Of a stretch of DNA of 64,000 bases, positions 9,195 to 18,115 are shown piece by piece; positions within the stretch are counted from its first letter, which is position 1; every line of letters begins with the position of its first letter. This DNA comes from an uncultured bacterium (lineage in GTDB: Bacteria > Chlamydiota > Chlamydiia > Chlamydiales > JAAKFR01). The position numbers were made by a program, and so were the translations under genes. The DNA is taken from the NCBI GenBank assembly GCA_964588495.1, contig CAZPPS010000001.1, forward strand, positions 53,367 through 117,366, written 5' to 3'. The notes beneath the pieces were generated by a model that saw only the letters and a list, made by a program, of their open reading frames with translations, was not told where the DNA came from and searched no databases.

Positions 9195-10340
9195 ATGATT
9201 AAAACCGCCTTTAAGATGTTGACCGGAAACAAAGCTGCTTTTCTTGGCATCATTTTTGGTATTTTTTTGGCGATTTTATTGATTTCGCAGCAATCTGCGA
9301 TCTATTTAGGTTTGATCTCAAGATCGTACCGCATTGTTACAAATATTCCCTCTCCCGATGTTTGGGTAGTAGATCATGCAACTGAGGGAGAAGATCTTAT
9401 CCGGCCCATGCCTAGAAATTATGTCCAGCTTATCAAAAGCACTCCAGGCGTTGAATGGGCAGTGCCTGTGAACTATTTACTATTGCCCCTAAAAACAGGC
9501 TCAGGGAACTTTAAAGTCGCAGAAATTTATGGCCTTGATGATGAAACTTTAACTGGGATGCCTCAATTACTAGAAGGTCAACCCGATGATTTGCGCCGCA
9601 GTGGCGGAGTAATCATTGATTCCAATGCTGCGAGTGACCTTCTCGCCAAAATTGGACCCGATGGTAAAAAAATCCCGCTGAAGATCGGCGATCAAATTGA
9701 AATCAATGATGTCAAGGCCACCATTGTTGGAATTGCCAAAACAAGCCCCGGATTTTTCCCCCAACCGATCATTTTTACCACAACAAGCCAGGCGCAGCTC
9801 TTTGGAGGATCAAATCGTATCCAATACATTGCCGCAAAGACACGTGAAGGTGCCAATATTAAAGAAGTGATACAGGAAATCAATGCTAATAAAAATGTTG
9901 TAGCCTTGACCAAAGATCAGCTCGCCCACAGAATTGCGAACCACTTTTTAAAGACAGGAATCCTCATCAATTTTGGAATTTCTGTTTTACTTGGAATGAT
10001 CATCGGCTTTTCAATCGCAGGACAGATTTTTTATATCATTACGACCCAAAATATTGCCTATTATGCCTTAATCAAGGCTCTCGGCGGCACAGGAAAAATG
10101 ATTCTCAAAATGATTTTATTCCAAGCCCTCATTGCAGTTGCAATTGGATACATTTTAGGGACAGTTGTGACACTTCTTTGGGGCCTTGCAGTAAGAAATA
10201 CGACACTGGCCTTTGAATTTAGACCAGAATTGCTTGTGTTTACAGGAGTGGCAGCGTTGTTGATTTGCGCTTTTATCTCCTTCTTAAGTATAAAGAAAGT
10301 TTTTAAAGTAGACCCCCATACCCTGATGACAAGTTTATGA
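9195..10340 (+). CDS. ABC exporter permease, FtsX/DevC/MacB-like
   Basis: N-terminal TM helix, large periplasmic domain and a C-terminal FtsX-type helix bundle. The stop overlaps the ATPase gene start. Confidence 0.7.
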   Translation: MIKTAFKMLTGNKAAFLGIIFGIFLAILLISQQSAIYLGLISRSYRIVTNIPSPDVWVVDHATEGEDLIRPMPRNYVQLIKSTPGVEWAVPVNYLLLPLKTGSGNFKVAEIYGLDDETLTGMPQLLEGQPDDLRRSGGVIIDSNAASDLLAKIGPDGKKIPLKIGDQIEINDVKATIVGIAKTSPGFFPQPIIFTTTSQAQLFGGSNRIQYIAAKTREGANIKEVIQEINANKNVVALTKDQLAHRIANHFLKTGILINFGISVLLGMIIGFSIAGQIFYIITTQNIAYYALIKALGGTGKMILKMILFQALIAVAIGYILGTVVTLLWGLAVRNTTLAFEFRPELLVFTGVAALLICAFISFLSIKKVFKVDPHTLMTSL

Positions 10341-11011
10341 TAGCAGTTGAATGCAAAAACATTAAAAAAATTTACAAAAATGGCAACAATGAAGTTGTGG
10401 CGTTAAAAGGCATTGACCTTGAAATCCCAGATAAAAAACTGACTCTTTTAGTTGGTCCATCAGGCTCTGGAAAAACGACCCTTCTTTCGATCATTGAAAC
10501 GATCCTGACTCCCGATTCCGGAGAGCTGATCATTTTAGGGCAGCATGTGCACAATATGAACGAATTAGAAAAATCCCGTTTTCGCAACGCTAATATTGGC
10601 GTCGTGTTTCAAACACTCCATCTGATCCCCACACTGACTGTATTAGAAAATGTGATTTTGCCCATGCTCATCAAGGGGGAGAGTGAGGATCTAGCTAAAA
10701 AGAAAGGGACAGCCCTTCTCGACAAATTTAATATTAAAGATAAGGTGGACTGCTCCCCTACTCAACTATCTAGAGGTGAGCAGCAAAGAGCGGCAATTGC
10801 CCGCGCTTTGATAAACGATCCCAAAATTATTCTCTGTGATGAGCCGACAGGCGCTTTGGATCAGGAAAATGGACACGCATTTATGGGTATTTTAAAAGAT
10901 TTGGCCGCATCCGAAAATCGGGCCATTTTTGTCATCACGCACGATCAGCGTATTTTCTCTTTTGGTGATCATATTATAAACATTAACGATGGTAGGATTG
11001 AAAAAAAATGA
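10337..11011 (+). CDS. ABC exporter ATP-binding protein (DevA/MacB-NBD-like)
   Basis: Walker A GPSGSGKTT, signature LSRGEQQR, Walker B ILCDEPTGALD. Overlapping stop/start codons couple it to both neighbours. Confidence 0.8.
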   Translation: MIAVECKNIKKIYKNGNNEVVALKGIDLEIPDKKLTLLVGPSGSGKTTLLSIIETILTPDSGELIILGQHVHNMNELEKSRFRNANIGVVFQTLHLIPTLTVLENVILPMLIKGESEDLAKKKGTALLDKFNIKDKVDCSPTQLSRGEQQRAAIARALINDPKIILCDEPTGALDQENGHAFMGILKDLAASENRAIFVITHDQRIFSFGDHIININDGRIEKK

Positions 11012-12015
11012 AAACAAAATATGCTTATCAAATCCTAAGTTTATTATTTTCTTGTGTCGTATTGGCTGGAAATAGAGCCGATGCAGAAGCTCCTGCTGTG
11101 AATGCTCCGGCAAAAAATCCCCCATTTGAGAATTATATTACCGGGACAGGAATTGTTGAGCCAACATCTGGCAATATAATTATCAGCTCTTCCTTGAACC
11201 GGAGGGTTGAAAAAATCGATGTGAAGGTCAACGATCAAGTCAAAAAAGGGGATATCCTGTTTGAGCTCTACAATCAGGATTTAGTTTCAGCTTTCAATGT
11301 CAGACAGAAAAAGTATGACGAGGCTATTTCGAATCTACATAGACTGGAAGCTTTGCCTAAAGAAGAAGACCTTAAGATTGCACAAGCCAATCTGAACCGT
11401 GCCCAGGCGATCGTTCATGAAGCCTCCGAGCTTTGGTGCCAATCTTGCACCTGCGACGAAAAACAAATCCGCTTTTTTAAACTTCAACAAGCTGAAGCTG
11501 AATTATGTGCAGAATGCGCCCGGTTTGAAAAAGTAAGAAAAGGAGCTGGCAAGTTTGATCTTAAAATTGCTCAAGATCAGGCAGGAGCTGCAAGAGCAGA
11601 TATGGAATCCATCCGAAGTGAAATTGAGCGGACAATCGTTAGAGCTCCCATTGACGGCACTATTTTGACCATTAAAATTCGCGAGGGTGAAAATCTCGAC
11701 CCGGGAAAATCAGCCCTTGTGATGGGAAATATTGAAGCGCTCAGAGTAAGAGTTGCTATCGACCAGTTCAATGCTGCAAAATTTAACCCTGAAGCCCAAG
11801 CTGTCGCTTATAAACAAGGCGATATGACAGCACCATTTCCTCTTCAATTTCTCTACGTTGAACCTGTCATGGTGCCTAAGAAATACTTGAGCAACGATCT
11901 TCATGAAAAAGTGGATACCCAAAACTTTGAAATCCTCTACGGCATCGATAAAACACAAGCCCACATCTTTATCGGCGAACAACTCAATGTCTACATCGAG
12001 GTTACTAAGAAATAA
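11008..12015 (+). CDS. HlyD/DevB-type periplasmic adaptor (membrane fusion protein)
   Basis: Signal/anchor sequence, lipoyl-like half motifs (VKKGDILFEL ... APIDGTILTI) and a central coiled-coil hairpin. It is the third gene of the permease-ATPase-adaptor unit. Confidence 0.65.
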   Translation: MKTKYAYQILSLLFSCVVLAGNRADAEAPAVNAPAKNPPFENYITGTGIVEPTSGNIIISSSLNRRVEKIDVKVNDQVKKGDILFELYNQDLVSAFNVRQKKYDEAISNLHRLEALPKEEDLKIAQANLNRAQAIVHEASELWCQSCTCDEKQIRFFKLQQAEAELCAECARFEKVRKGAGKFDLKIAQDQAGAARADMESIRSEIERTIVRAPIDGTILTIKIREGENLDPGKSALVMGNIEALRVRVAIDQFNAAKFNPEAQAVAYKQGDMTAPFPLQFLYVEPVMVPKKYLSNDLHEKVDTQNFEILYGIDKTQAHIFIGEQLNVYIEVTKK

Positions 12016-12029
12016 GTCGCGAGCCATTT

Positions 12030-12250
12030 TTTAAACACAAAGGCACAAAGACACAAAGAGATACATATTTTTTTTCCTCTCTGTGTCCTCTGTGTGCTCT
12101 GTGGTTTTTTAAAAATGTCCCGAAAGTTGTTATCAATAAAGGCTTTGAGCCCGTTTTAAAACCACAGAGCACACAGAGAACAGAGAGAAGGGAAAATTAA
12201 TAACTTGCCTCTCTTTGTGTCTTTGTATCTTCGTGTCTTTGTGTTGAATT
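12030..12250. repeat. Octamer-array palindromic element, composite form (A-B'-core-B-A')
   Basis: Outer caaag/ctttg arms enclose inner ctctg/cagag arms and a core of about 50 bp. Confidence 0.85.
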
Positions 12251-12305
12251 ATGCTTTGGCACATAACTTGCTCCCCTATTCAGGTAAATGGAGAGGTAGT
12301 TTGGT

Positions 12306-13088
12306 ATGCGGACAATAGCGATCGCCAATCAAAAGGGGGGCGTTGGGAAAAGTACAACGGCCATTAATTTGGCAGCTGCCCTTGCGCGCAGAAACAAGAA
12401 GGTTTTGTTGATTGACGCTGACTCTCAGGGGCATTCGACAGTCGGACTCAATATTTCGACCGAAAATTGCCTCACAATCGCAGAACTACTCACAGATCAA
12501 GGAGTCGCTGCTAAAGATGTGATCCAAAAAACCTATATCCCCAATCTGGATATTATCCCTGGCGATCTCACTCTCTCTGTTGCAGATCTTAAGCTTGCCT
12601 CCCAAGGCTGCAAAGAATTTAAACTGAGAAATAAACTCCAAGCTATTCAAAATGAATATGCCTATGCCCTCATCGATTGTCCCCCGAGTTTTGGGATCCT
12701 GATGACAAACGCCTTAACTGCGGGAGAAGAGATTCTCCTTCCCATTCAACTCGGTTACTTAAGTTTTGAAGGGGTAAACAGCTTTATTGATACCATCAAC
12801 TTGGTCAACAAAGACATTAACGCCAATATCAACCACAAAATCAAGCTCCTCGGCGTTTTGGTCACCTTTTTTGATACACGCACTAAATTTTCAAAAGAGA
12901 TTTGCAGCGCCTTAAACGACATTTTTAAAGAAAAAATGTTTAAGACAAAGATTCCCCAAAATATCAAGCTCAATGAAGCCCAATCCAAAGGGATTGCCGT
13001 CTTTGACTACGACCCTAAAAGCAAGGGAGCCCTTGCCTACGAAAATCTAGCAGAAGAAATCATAGGAACACGCGCATGTCAGCAATAA
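12306..13088 (+). CDS. parA: ParA/Soj-type partition ATPase
   Basis: Deviant Walker A KGGVGKSTTAINLA, plus LLIDADSQGHST and DCPPS motifs. Confidence 0.85.
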   Translation: MRTIAIANQKGGVGKSTTAINLAAALARRNKKVLLIDADSQGHSTVGLNISTENCLTIAELLTDQGVAAKDVIQKTYIPNLDIIPGDLTLSVADLKLASQGCKEFKLRNKLQAIQNEYAYALIDCPPSFGILMTNALTAGEEILLPIQLGYLSFEGVNSFIDTINLVNKDINANINHKIKLLGVLVTFFDTRTKFSKEICSALNDIFKEKMFKTKIPQNIKLNEAQSKGIAVFDYDPKSKGALAYENLAEEIIGTRACQQ

Positions 13089-13297
13089 CACGTTTAAGCG
13101 AAAAGATGAAAAAAAAGATCTCCATGAGCGAGTACATCGAAAAAAAGCCTTCCGCTCGCAAAATCTACTCTATCCCTAAAGAAGATATGGATGTCCTTAA
13201 CACCATCTACACAAAACGGCTCAACACCCACCGAGCTGCCTCTGTTTCCGACATCCTCTCCGAGGCCATCTACCTCCTCTACAGCCAAGAGGGCTAG
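13076..13297 (+). CDS. Small putative ribbon-helix-helix protein coupled to parA (ParG/CopG-like centromere binder candidate)
   Basis: 73 aa; overlaps the parA stop by 13 nt. The C-terminal half has a beta-alpha-alpha pattern (IYSIP / KEDMDVLNTIYTKRL / SVSDILSEAIYLLY). No family was recognised. Confidence 0.35.
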   Translation: MSAITRLSEKMKKKISMSEYIEKKPSARKIYSIPKEDMDVLNTIYTKRLNTHRAASVSDILSEAIYLLYSQEG

Positions 13298-13301
13298 CAA
13301 A

Positions 13302-13619
13302 TTATTTGAGGCTTTTCAAAGCTTTTTTCATGATCAAAGTCAGTCGGAACTTTTTTCTATTTTTTACGAATAATTTAAGCTCTAAAACCGTTTTGTCTTC
13401 TAGATAGACAAAGATGGCTTCAAAAAATCCATGCGGGAGCTCTTCTTTTTCGATTTCAATAATTTTCCTCTCGTCCCCAAACTCTCCATTTGTCACTTGC
13501 ATAGCCGTAAGATCTGGAATACAAACTTCCGCTTGTTCCACTCTTTCAACATCAGGCTCATCTCCCTCTTCAGAGAGAAGCCAAGTCGGCAAAAAATTGT
13601 CCCCAGTCTCTGAAATCAT
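13302..13619 (-). CDS. Hypothetical acidic protein
   Basis: 105-aa ORF convergent with the parA unit. A near-consensus promoter ends 6 nt before its ATG (see the promoter feature). No recognisable domain. Confidence 0.35.
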   Translation of the reverse strand: MISETGDNFLPTWLLSEEGDEPDVERVEQAEVCIPDLTAMQVTNGEFGDERKIIEIEKEELPHGFFEAIFVYLEDKTVLELKLFVKNRKKFRLTLIMKKALKSLK

Positions 13620-13625
13620 ATAAAA

Positions 13626-13654
13626 ATTATAGTATATAAATAATTATTTTTCAA
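13626..13654 (-). promoter_or_regulatory. Sigma70/66-like promoter TTGAAA-17 nt-TATAAT ending 6 nt upstream of the ATG at 13619 (predicts a leaderless mRNA)
   Basis: Minus-strand reading: agatcgTTGAAAaataattatttatatacTATAATttttatATG. No Shine-Dalgarno sequence is possible in the 6-nt gap. Confidence 0.4.
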
Positions 13655-13703
13655 CGATCTATATATTAATTTTTTGTAAATAGAGCTATGGAGGACAAAG
13701 GGA

Positions 13704-14159
13704 TTACTGGCGGTAGCTTTTGACGGCGCGGTCCATCTCTCGTTTCTTTTCGCGCTCGATGAGAGATTGCCGCTTGTCAGCTTTCTTTTTACCTCGGCCG
13801 TAGCCTAACGAGAGTTTGACTATGCCTTTTTTGAGATAGAGGGCGATCGGAAAGAGGGTGAGCCCTTTTTGTTGAACCATCTCTTTGAGTTTGGCAATTT
13901 CACGTTTGTGCATCAAGAGCTTCCGGTCTCTGCGCTCTTCATGATTGTGGATGTTGCCGTAGCGGTAAGGGGCGATGCTCGCTCCAATGAGCCAGAGCTC
14001 TCCTTCGACAACTTTGACGTAGGCTTCGGCCAAATTCCCACCGTGGGCACGTAAAGATTTGATTTCTGTGCCTAAAAGGGAGATTCCCGCCTCGAAAGTT
14101 TCAAGGACTTCATAATCATGAAAAGCGCGCCTATTGCGCACTAGCTCGTTTTCGCTCAT
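13704..14159 (-). CDS. smpB: SsrA-binding protein
   Basis: Typical SmpB sequence ([43 protein letters not shown]) and a basic C-terminal tail. Confidence 0.9.
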   Translation of the reverse strand: MSENELVRNRRAFHDYEVLETFEAGISLLGTEIKSLRAHGGNLAEAYVKVVEGELWLIGASIAPYRYGNIHNHEERRDRKLLMHKREIAKLKEMVQQKGLTLFPIALYLKKGIVKLSLGYGRGKKKADKRQSLIEREKKREMDRAVKSYRQ

Positions 14160-14300
14160 ACATTACCAAAGAATAATCCCATCATAACACACCAAGAAAA
14201 ATAGAGCTTTATATATTATTATTCCAACTTGAAAACTCCGTGGAGAAAAATCAGATTTTTCCTACAATAGACGACTCATTATAGCAAATGAAGGAACAAC

Positions 14301-14675
14301 ATGAGTGAAGTTTCAAAAAATTTAGCAGTCTGGTTTGAAATCCCGGTTACAGATTTAGCAAGAGCGCAAGAGTTCTATTCTAAAGTGTTAGACACAGAGA
14401 CCCACGAAATGGATATGGGCCCTTTCAAAATGGCATTTTTCCCTCATGACAACAATGTCGCAGGTGCTTTAGTTGAAGGGGACGGCTACATCCCCGGAGA
14501 TAAAGGTCCCCTGATTTACCTCAATGGCGGCGAAGATTTGGCTCTCCCTTTAAGCCGAGTAGCAGCAGCCGGTGGCAAAGTCCTTCAGGAGAAAATGAGC
14601 CTTGGGCCCTATGGCTTCATGGCTATCTTCCTCGACACCGAAGGCAACCGCCTTGCCCTCCATAGCATGAAATAA
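14301..14675 (+). CDS. VOC/glyoxalase-bleomycin-resistance family protein
   Basis: 124 aa. It has the paired beta-alpha-beta-beta-beta pattern, the WFEIPVTDLARAQEFYSKVL start and the FLDTEGNRLALHS end typical of this family. Confidence 0.7.
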   Translation: MSEVSKNLAVWFEIPVTDLARAQEFYSKVLDTETHEMDMGPFKMAFFPHDNNVAGALVEGDGYIPGDKGPLIYLNGGEDLALPLSRVAAAGGKVLQEKMSLGPYGFMAIFLDTEGNRLALHSMK

Positions 14676-14708
14676 TTTTTCTCTATGCGATGGCGTGACT
14701 GAACCTAT

Positions 14709-14805
14709 AGAAACGCAAAGAAGCAAAGACACAAAAGCGCAACGAGAAAGAATGCTTATTTTTTTCTTCTCTGCGTCTTAACAGCTTTGCCTTTGCGTTT
14801 CAATA
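14709..14805. repeat. Octamer-array palindromic element, simple, gcaaag variant
   Basis: gaaacgcaaagaagcaaagacacaaaagcgc ... gctttgcctttgcgtttc, between convergent genes. Confidence 0.75.
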
Positions 14806-14825
14806 GTTTTGGACACGACAGGCTC

Positions 14826-15233
14826 TTAGCGGAGGAGGTAGACGATGAGGACAACTCCTATAACAAAGACGAGGAGTGCCAACAGCAAATCAAGCACATT
14901 GGATGACTGATAAATACCCCCCTGGATTTGATTTTGCGTCTTTTTATATTTTAGAAAGGCAAAGATACAAAATAATGAACCGACGCCAATTAAAAAAAGC
15001 CCAAAAATGGATGCATATTCCGCGCGCGAAGTCGATTCTGTCACCTCTGATTTTCCAAGCATGATTCCGATTTGCTGTAAGAGGAGAGAAAATCTTTCGA
15101 AAATAAATCCAAAAGCCATAATTCCCAGATTGGTTCTAATCCAAGCTAGGAAAGTTCTTTCATTGGCCAAATGATCTTTAGGGTCGCCCATATTCTCCTC
15201 CTTTTTAACCTGCGTTTTGGGTTCTTTCCCCAT
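14826..15233 (-). CDS. DUF202/YidH-family small membrane protein
   Basis: LANERTFLAWIRTNLGIMAFG motif and three TM helices. It starts 8 nt after the stop of the upstream ABC gene, so it is probably co-transcribed. Confidence 0.6.
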   Translation of the reverse strand: MGKEPKTQVKKEENMGDPKDHLANERTFLAWIRTNLGIMAFGFIFERFSLLLQQIGIMLGKSEVTESTSRAEYASIFGLFLIGVGSLFCIFAFLKYKKTQNQIQGGIYQSSNVLDLLLALLVFVIGVVLIVYLLR

Positions 15234-15241
15234 TCTCAGGT

Positions 15242-18115
15242 TTATAGACTTTGCCTTTTTACCATGGTGGCAAAAAGACCCGGCTTTGAGGCCAGCTCAT
15301 CATAGGTTCCCACTTGTACAAACTCCCCTTTATCCATCACGTAGATACGGTCGGCATTTTTAAGAGTGCTCAGGCGGTGAGCGATGACAATCCGGGTTAC
15401 ATCTAACTGGTCAATGCAGCTTAAAACTCTTTCCTGGTTCCGGTTATCCAGAGCGCTTGTTGCTTCGTCCAGAATTAAAATTTTGGGATTGGGAAGAAGG
15501 GCTCGCGCAATTAAAATACGCTGCTTTTGTCCACCAGAAAGGGTTCCTCCCCCAATTGACAGGTAAGTATGAAGGCCCATGGGCAGATTTTCCACATCAT
15601 CTGCCAGTCCTGAATTTTTTAGGGCATTTTCTATCTGCTCGGGAGTATAAATGCCGCCGCAGGTGATATTTTCATAGATAGAACCTGCAATGATTCCCTC
15701 TTCTTGCAAAACAACACCCAGCTGCCTTCTGACATCCTGAATGGAAAGTGAGTTGATATTGTGGTTATCAAAAAAAACAGCTCCCTGGACAGGTTTTTCA
15801 AAACCCAAAAGGAGGCGGATCAATGTCGATTTGCCACTTCCCGAAGGGCCAGCAATGCCGATAAATTCTCTGGGGTTGGCCCTCAGGGAGACTTTTTTTA
15901 AAATGTAATTTTCCTGTGTCTCATATTTGAAAAAAACCTCATCGACGTGAATTTCCCCTGACAAGTTTCCAGGCTTTTGCTTCACGGTTTCCTCTAAAGG
16001 CTCTTCAATTAACATTTTTGTACTGCGCCAATGGAAGAAAATGGGAGCCATATTATAAAAAGTGGTTCCAAGATCGACAATTCCGAGATAAAAACTGGAA
16101 AATGCCACATTAAAGGCTAAAAAAGAACCGAGCGAAAAATCGGGTTGCCAGTGGATGATATATGCAAAAATCATCATGTACATCACAAGAGGCAAAATAT
16201 AGTGCAGTCCCCCAATTACATTATGGACATGGGCAGCGCTTAAGCTCACTTTTTCAAAGCTTGCAAATTGACCCGCCCAATTTGAAAATGCATTTTTTTC
16301 AGCTCCTGCGACTCTTAGCTTTCCGATAGAACTCACAATCTGGGTGACAAAAGAATTGACTTTGGTTTGAAGCTCAAGAAATTGAAGCTGTTTTTTTGTG
16401 TACAACACAAAGCAGGCGGCGCTTAGGAGGCCACCAAGGAAAAAAAAGATCAATACGAGAAGGGTGAGCTTTGGGGCGTAAATTGCCATAGCGATGATAT
16501 AAATAATGGAAAAAACTCCCGAAAATAAAACGCGGGCTCCATTTCCACTCAAAAGCGTGCGCATCCGATCAAACGAAATCGCGCGCAAAATTAAAGCACC
16601 TGAAGGGTATTTTCTGAAAAAGCTTACCGGCAATTTAAGTAGCCGATCCCAAAGGGCACTTTGGAGCTCATTCGAGGATTTTCCCTCAATCCTTGCCACG
16701 GCAAGAGAGCGGAAAAAAATAAAGACTGACGAGCTGATAGCTGCAAAAATTAAAAAAATACCCACTTCTTTAATTAACAACCGATCGGCTGAAGGAATGG
16801 CCCTACTAAACAAAATCTTGGTTGCAAAAGGGGGAAATAAAGAGATAATCGCTGCGGCTAAACTATATAAAATGACAGGAATATATTCTTTGGTGAAGCG
16901 TTTGAAGTAAAACTTGATGAGATCATTGCCTGTTTTTAAATCATCGGGAAACGTTGCAAACAAATAATAACCAATGGGATTTAAATCAGCTGCCGTTTTT
17001 TGATTCAGGGGCGTGCGCTCATTTGTTTCCGGATCCACAATATCATAGCCCCCCCCTTTTGTTTGCAAAAGAGCAACAGGTTTGGAATCGGCCCCCCAAA
17101 AGGCAATAATCGGACCACAATCTTTTTGCCAAAATCTTTCCTTCAATGAGACTCTTCGGTAGCGGATCGAAGAGGCTTCGACAATCTCTTTAATTTGCTC
17201 TACGATAGGAGCATCTGTTTTAAAAGTTTCGGGAGGTGTTAGCTGAATTTCCAACTGCTTTGCGACTAATTGGCATGCCCTAAAAAGACTTGTTTTATTG
17301 ACATGAGCCCCCTTCTGTTCTTGTGGATTTAAAACAGCGACAATGTTTGTCATTGAATGGGTGATATCCAGGGCTTCATTTTCGAGCCGTTTCTCTACGA
17401 GCTGCTTACTTTGAGCTTTGTCAATTTGGTGACGCTCATTGACATAAATGTATAAAACATTGTGAAAACGGTGAAGAGCTTCTTGCCATTCTTTGATTTT
17501 TTCATGAGCGAAAATTTTCGAAGGGACAACCGTTTTTACAAAAGCTGAGTAAGTCAGCGGAAAATACCCTTCTTTGATGGTAAGAGAAGGGTAGTTTAAA
17601 AACTGCAGCTCCCCTGATTCAATTTGCAACCACGAAATTTCACTTTTTTCATGAAGTGTCATCGCCCTCTTTGCCTTCAGAATCTCATTTTTTTCGACAA
17701 TGATTTCATGATTAGGGGCGATGTAGCTGTGTCTTTGCTGATACACCTCATTTTTATAAATATGGGCTAAATTCAGGATCCACTGGTTCACAAGGGAAAG
17801 ATCTTGATCGATCTCTTCCTTGATTTTTTCGAGCGGCAGACGCCAGATTTTAGAATTTTGTTCGGTAATGGCCACAATTTCGTAGCTTTGGCTATCTTCG
17901 ACAGAAAATCCAAAGAGAGGGGCGGGTGCTTTGATTGTCGTGATGAAAGTACGGACGCCTTCTGCAACTCCTTCAATGCGATCAATTGCAAAAAGATTGA
18001 CCGATCCTGTCTCTAAAAACCAGAGCGAGCTGAAGTCATTCAGATAAATATGGTGATTTCCCGGCACCTCCGCTGAAATTCCGAGCTCTTTAATTTTTTG
18101 GATCACCTCGCTCAT
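15242..18115 (-). CDS. ABC exporter subunit 2 of an NHLM/bacteriocin-type system: cNMP-binding-like N-domain, degenerate C39-like domain, TMD and NBD
   Basis: 957 aa. The N-terminus is beta-barrel-like (LWFLETGSVNLFAI). The middle C39-like region lacks a catalytic Cys (IIAFWGADSKPVALL). Six TM helices follow. Walker A GPSGSGKST, signature LSGGQKQR, Walker B LILDEATSALD. Confidence 0.75.
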   Translation of the reverse strand: MSEVIQKIKELGISAEVPGNHHIYLNDFSSLWFLETGSVNLFAIDRIEGVAEGVRTFITTIKAPAPLFGFSVEDSQSYEIVAITEQNSKIWRLPLEKIKEEIDQDLSLVNQWILNLAHIYKNEVYQQRHSYIAPNHEIIVEKNEILKAKRAMTLHEKSEISWLQIESGELQFLNYPSLTIKEGYFPLTYSAFVKTVVPSKIFAHEKIKEWQEALHRFHNVLYIYVNERHQIDKAQSKQLVEKRLENEALDITHSMTNIVAVLNPQEQKGAHVNKTSLFRACQLVAKQLEIQLTPPETFKTDAPIVEQIKEIVEASSIRYRRVSLKERFWQKDCGPIIAFWGADSKPVALLQTKGGGYDIVDPETNERTPLNQKTAADLNPIGYYLFATFPDDLKTGNDLIKFYFKRFTKEYIPVILYSLAAAIISLFPPFATKILFSRAIPSADRLLIKEVGIFLIFAAISSSVFIFFRSLAVARIEGKSSNELQSALWDRLLKLPVSFFRKYPSGALILRAISFDRMRTLLSGNGARVLFSGVFSIIYIIAMAIYAPKLTLLVLIFFFLGGLLSAACFVLYTKKQLQFLELQTKVNSFVTQIVSSIGKLRVAGAEKNAFSNWAGQFASFEKVSLSAAHVHNVIGGLHYILPLVMYMMIFAYIIHWQPDFSLGSFLAFNVAFSSFYLGIVDLGTTFYNMAPIFFHWRSTKMLIEEPLEETVKQKPGNLSGEIHVDEVFFKYETQENYILKKVSLRANPREFIGIAGPSGSGKSTLIRLLLGFEKPVQGAVFFDNHNINSLSIQDVRRQLGVVLQEEGIIAGSIYENITCGGIYTPEQIENALKNSGLADDVENLPMGLHTYLSIGGGTLSGGQKQRILIARALLPNPKILILDEATSALDNRNQERVLSCIDQLDVTRIVIAHRLSTLKNADRIYVMDKGEFVQVGTYDELASKPGLFATMVKRQSL

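Noticed and set aside
13620-14300. A search for tmRNA (ssrA) beside smpB.
   Set aside because: Neither flank shows a tRNA-Ala-like acceptor/T-arm (GGGG...TTCGA...CCACCA) or a tag reading frame. ssrA must be elsewhere.
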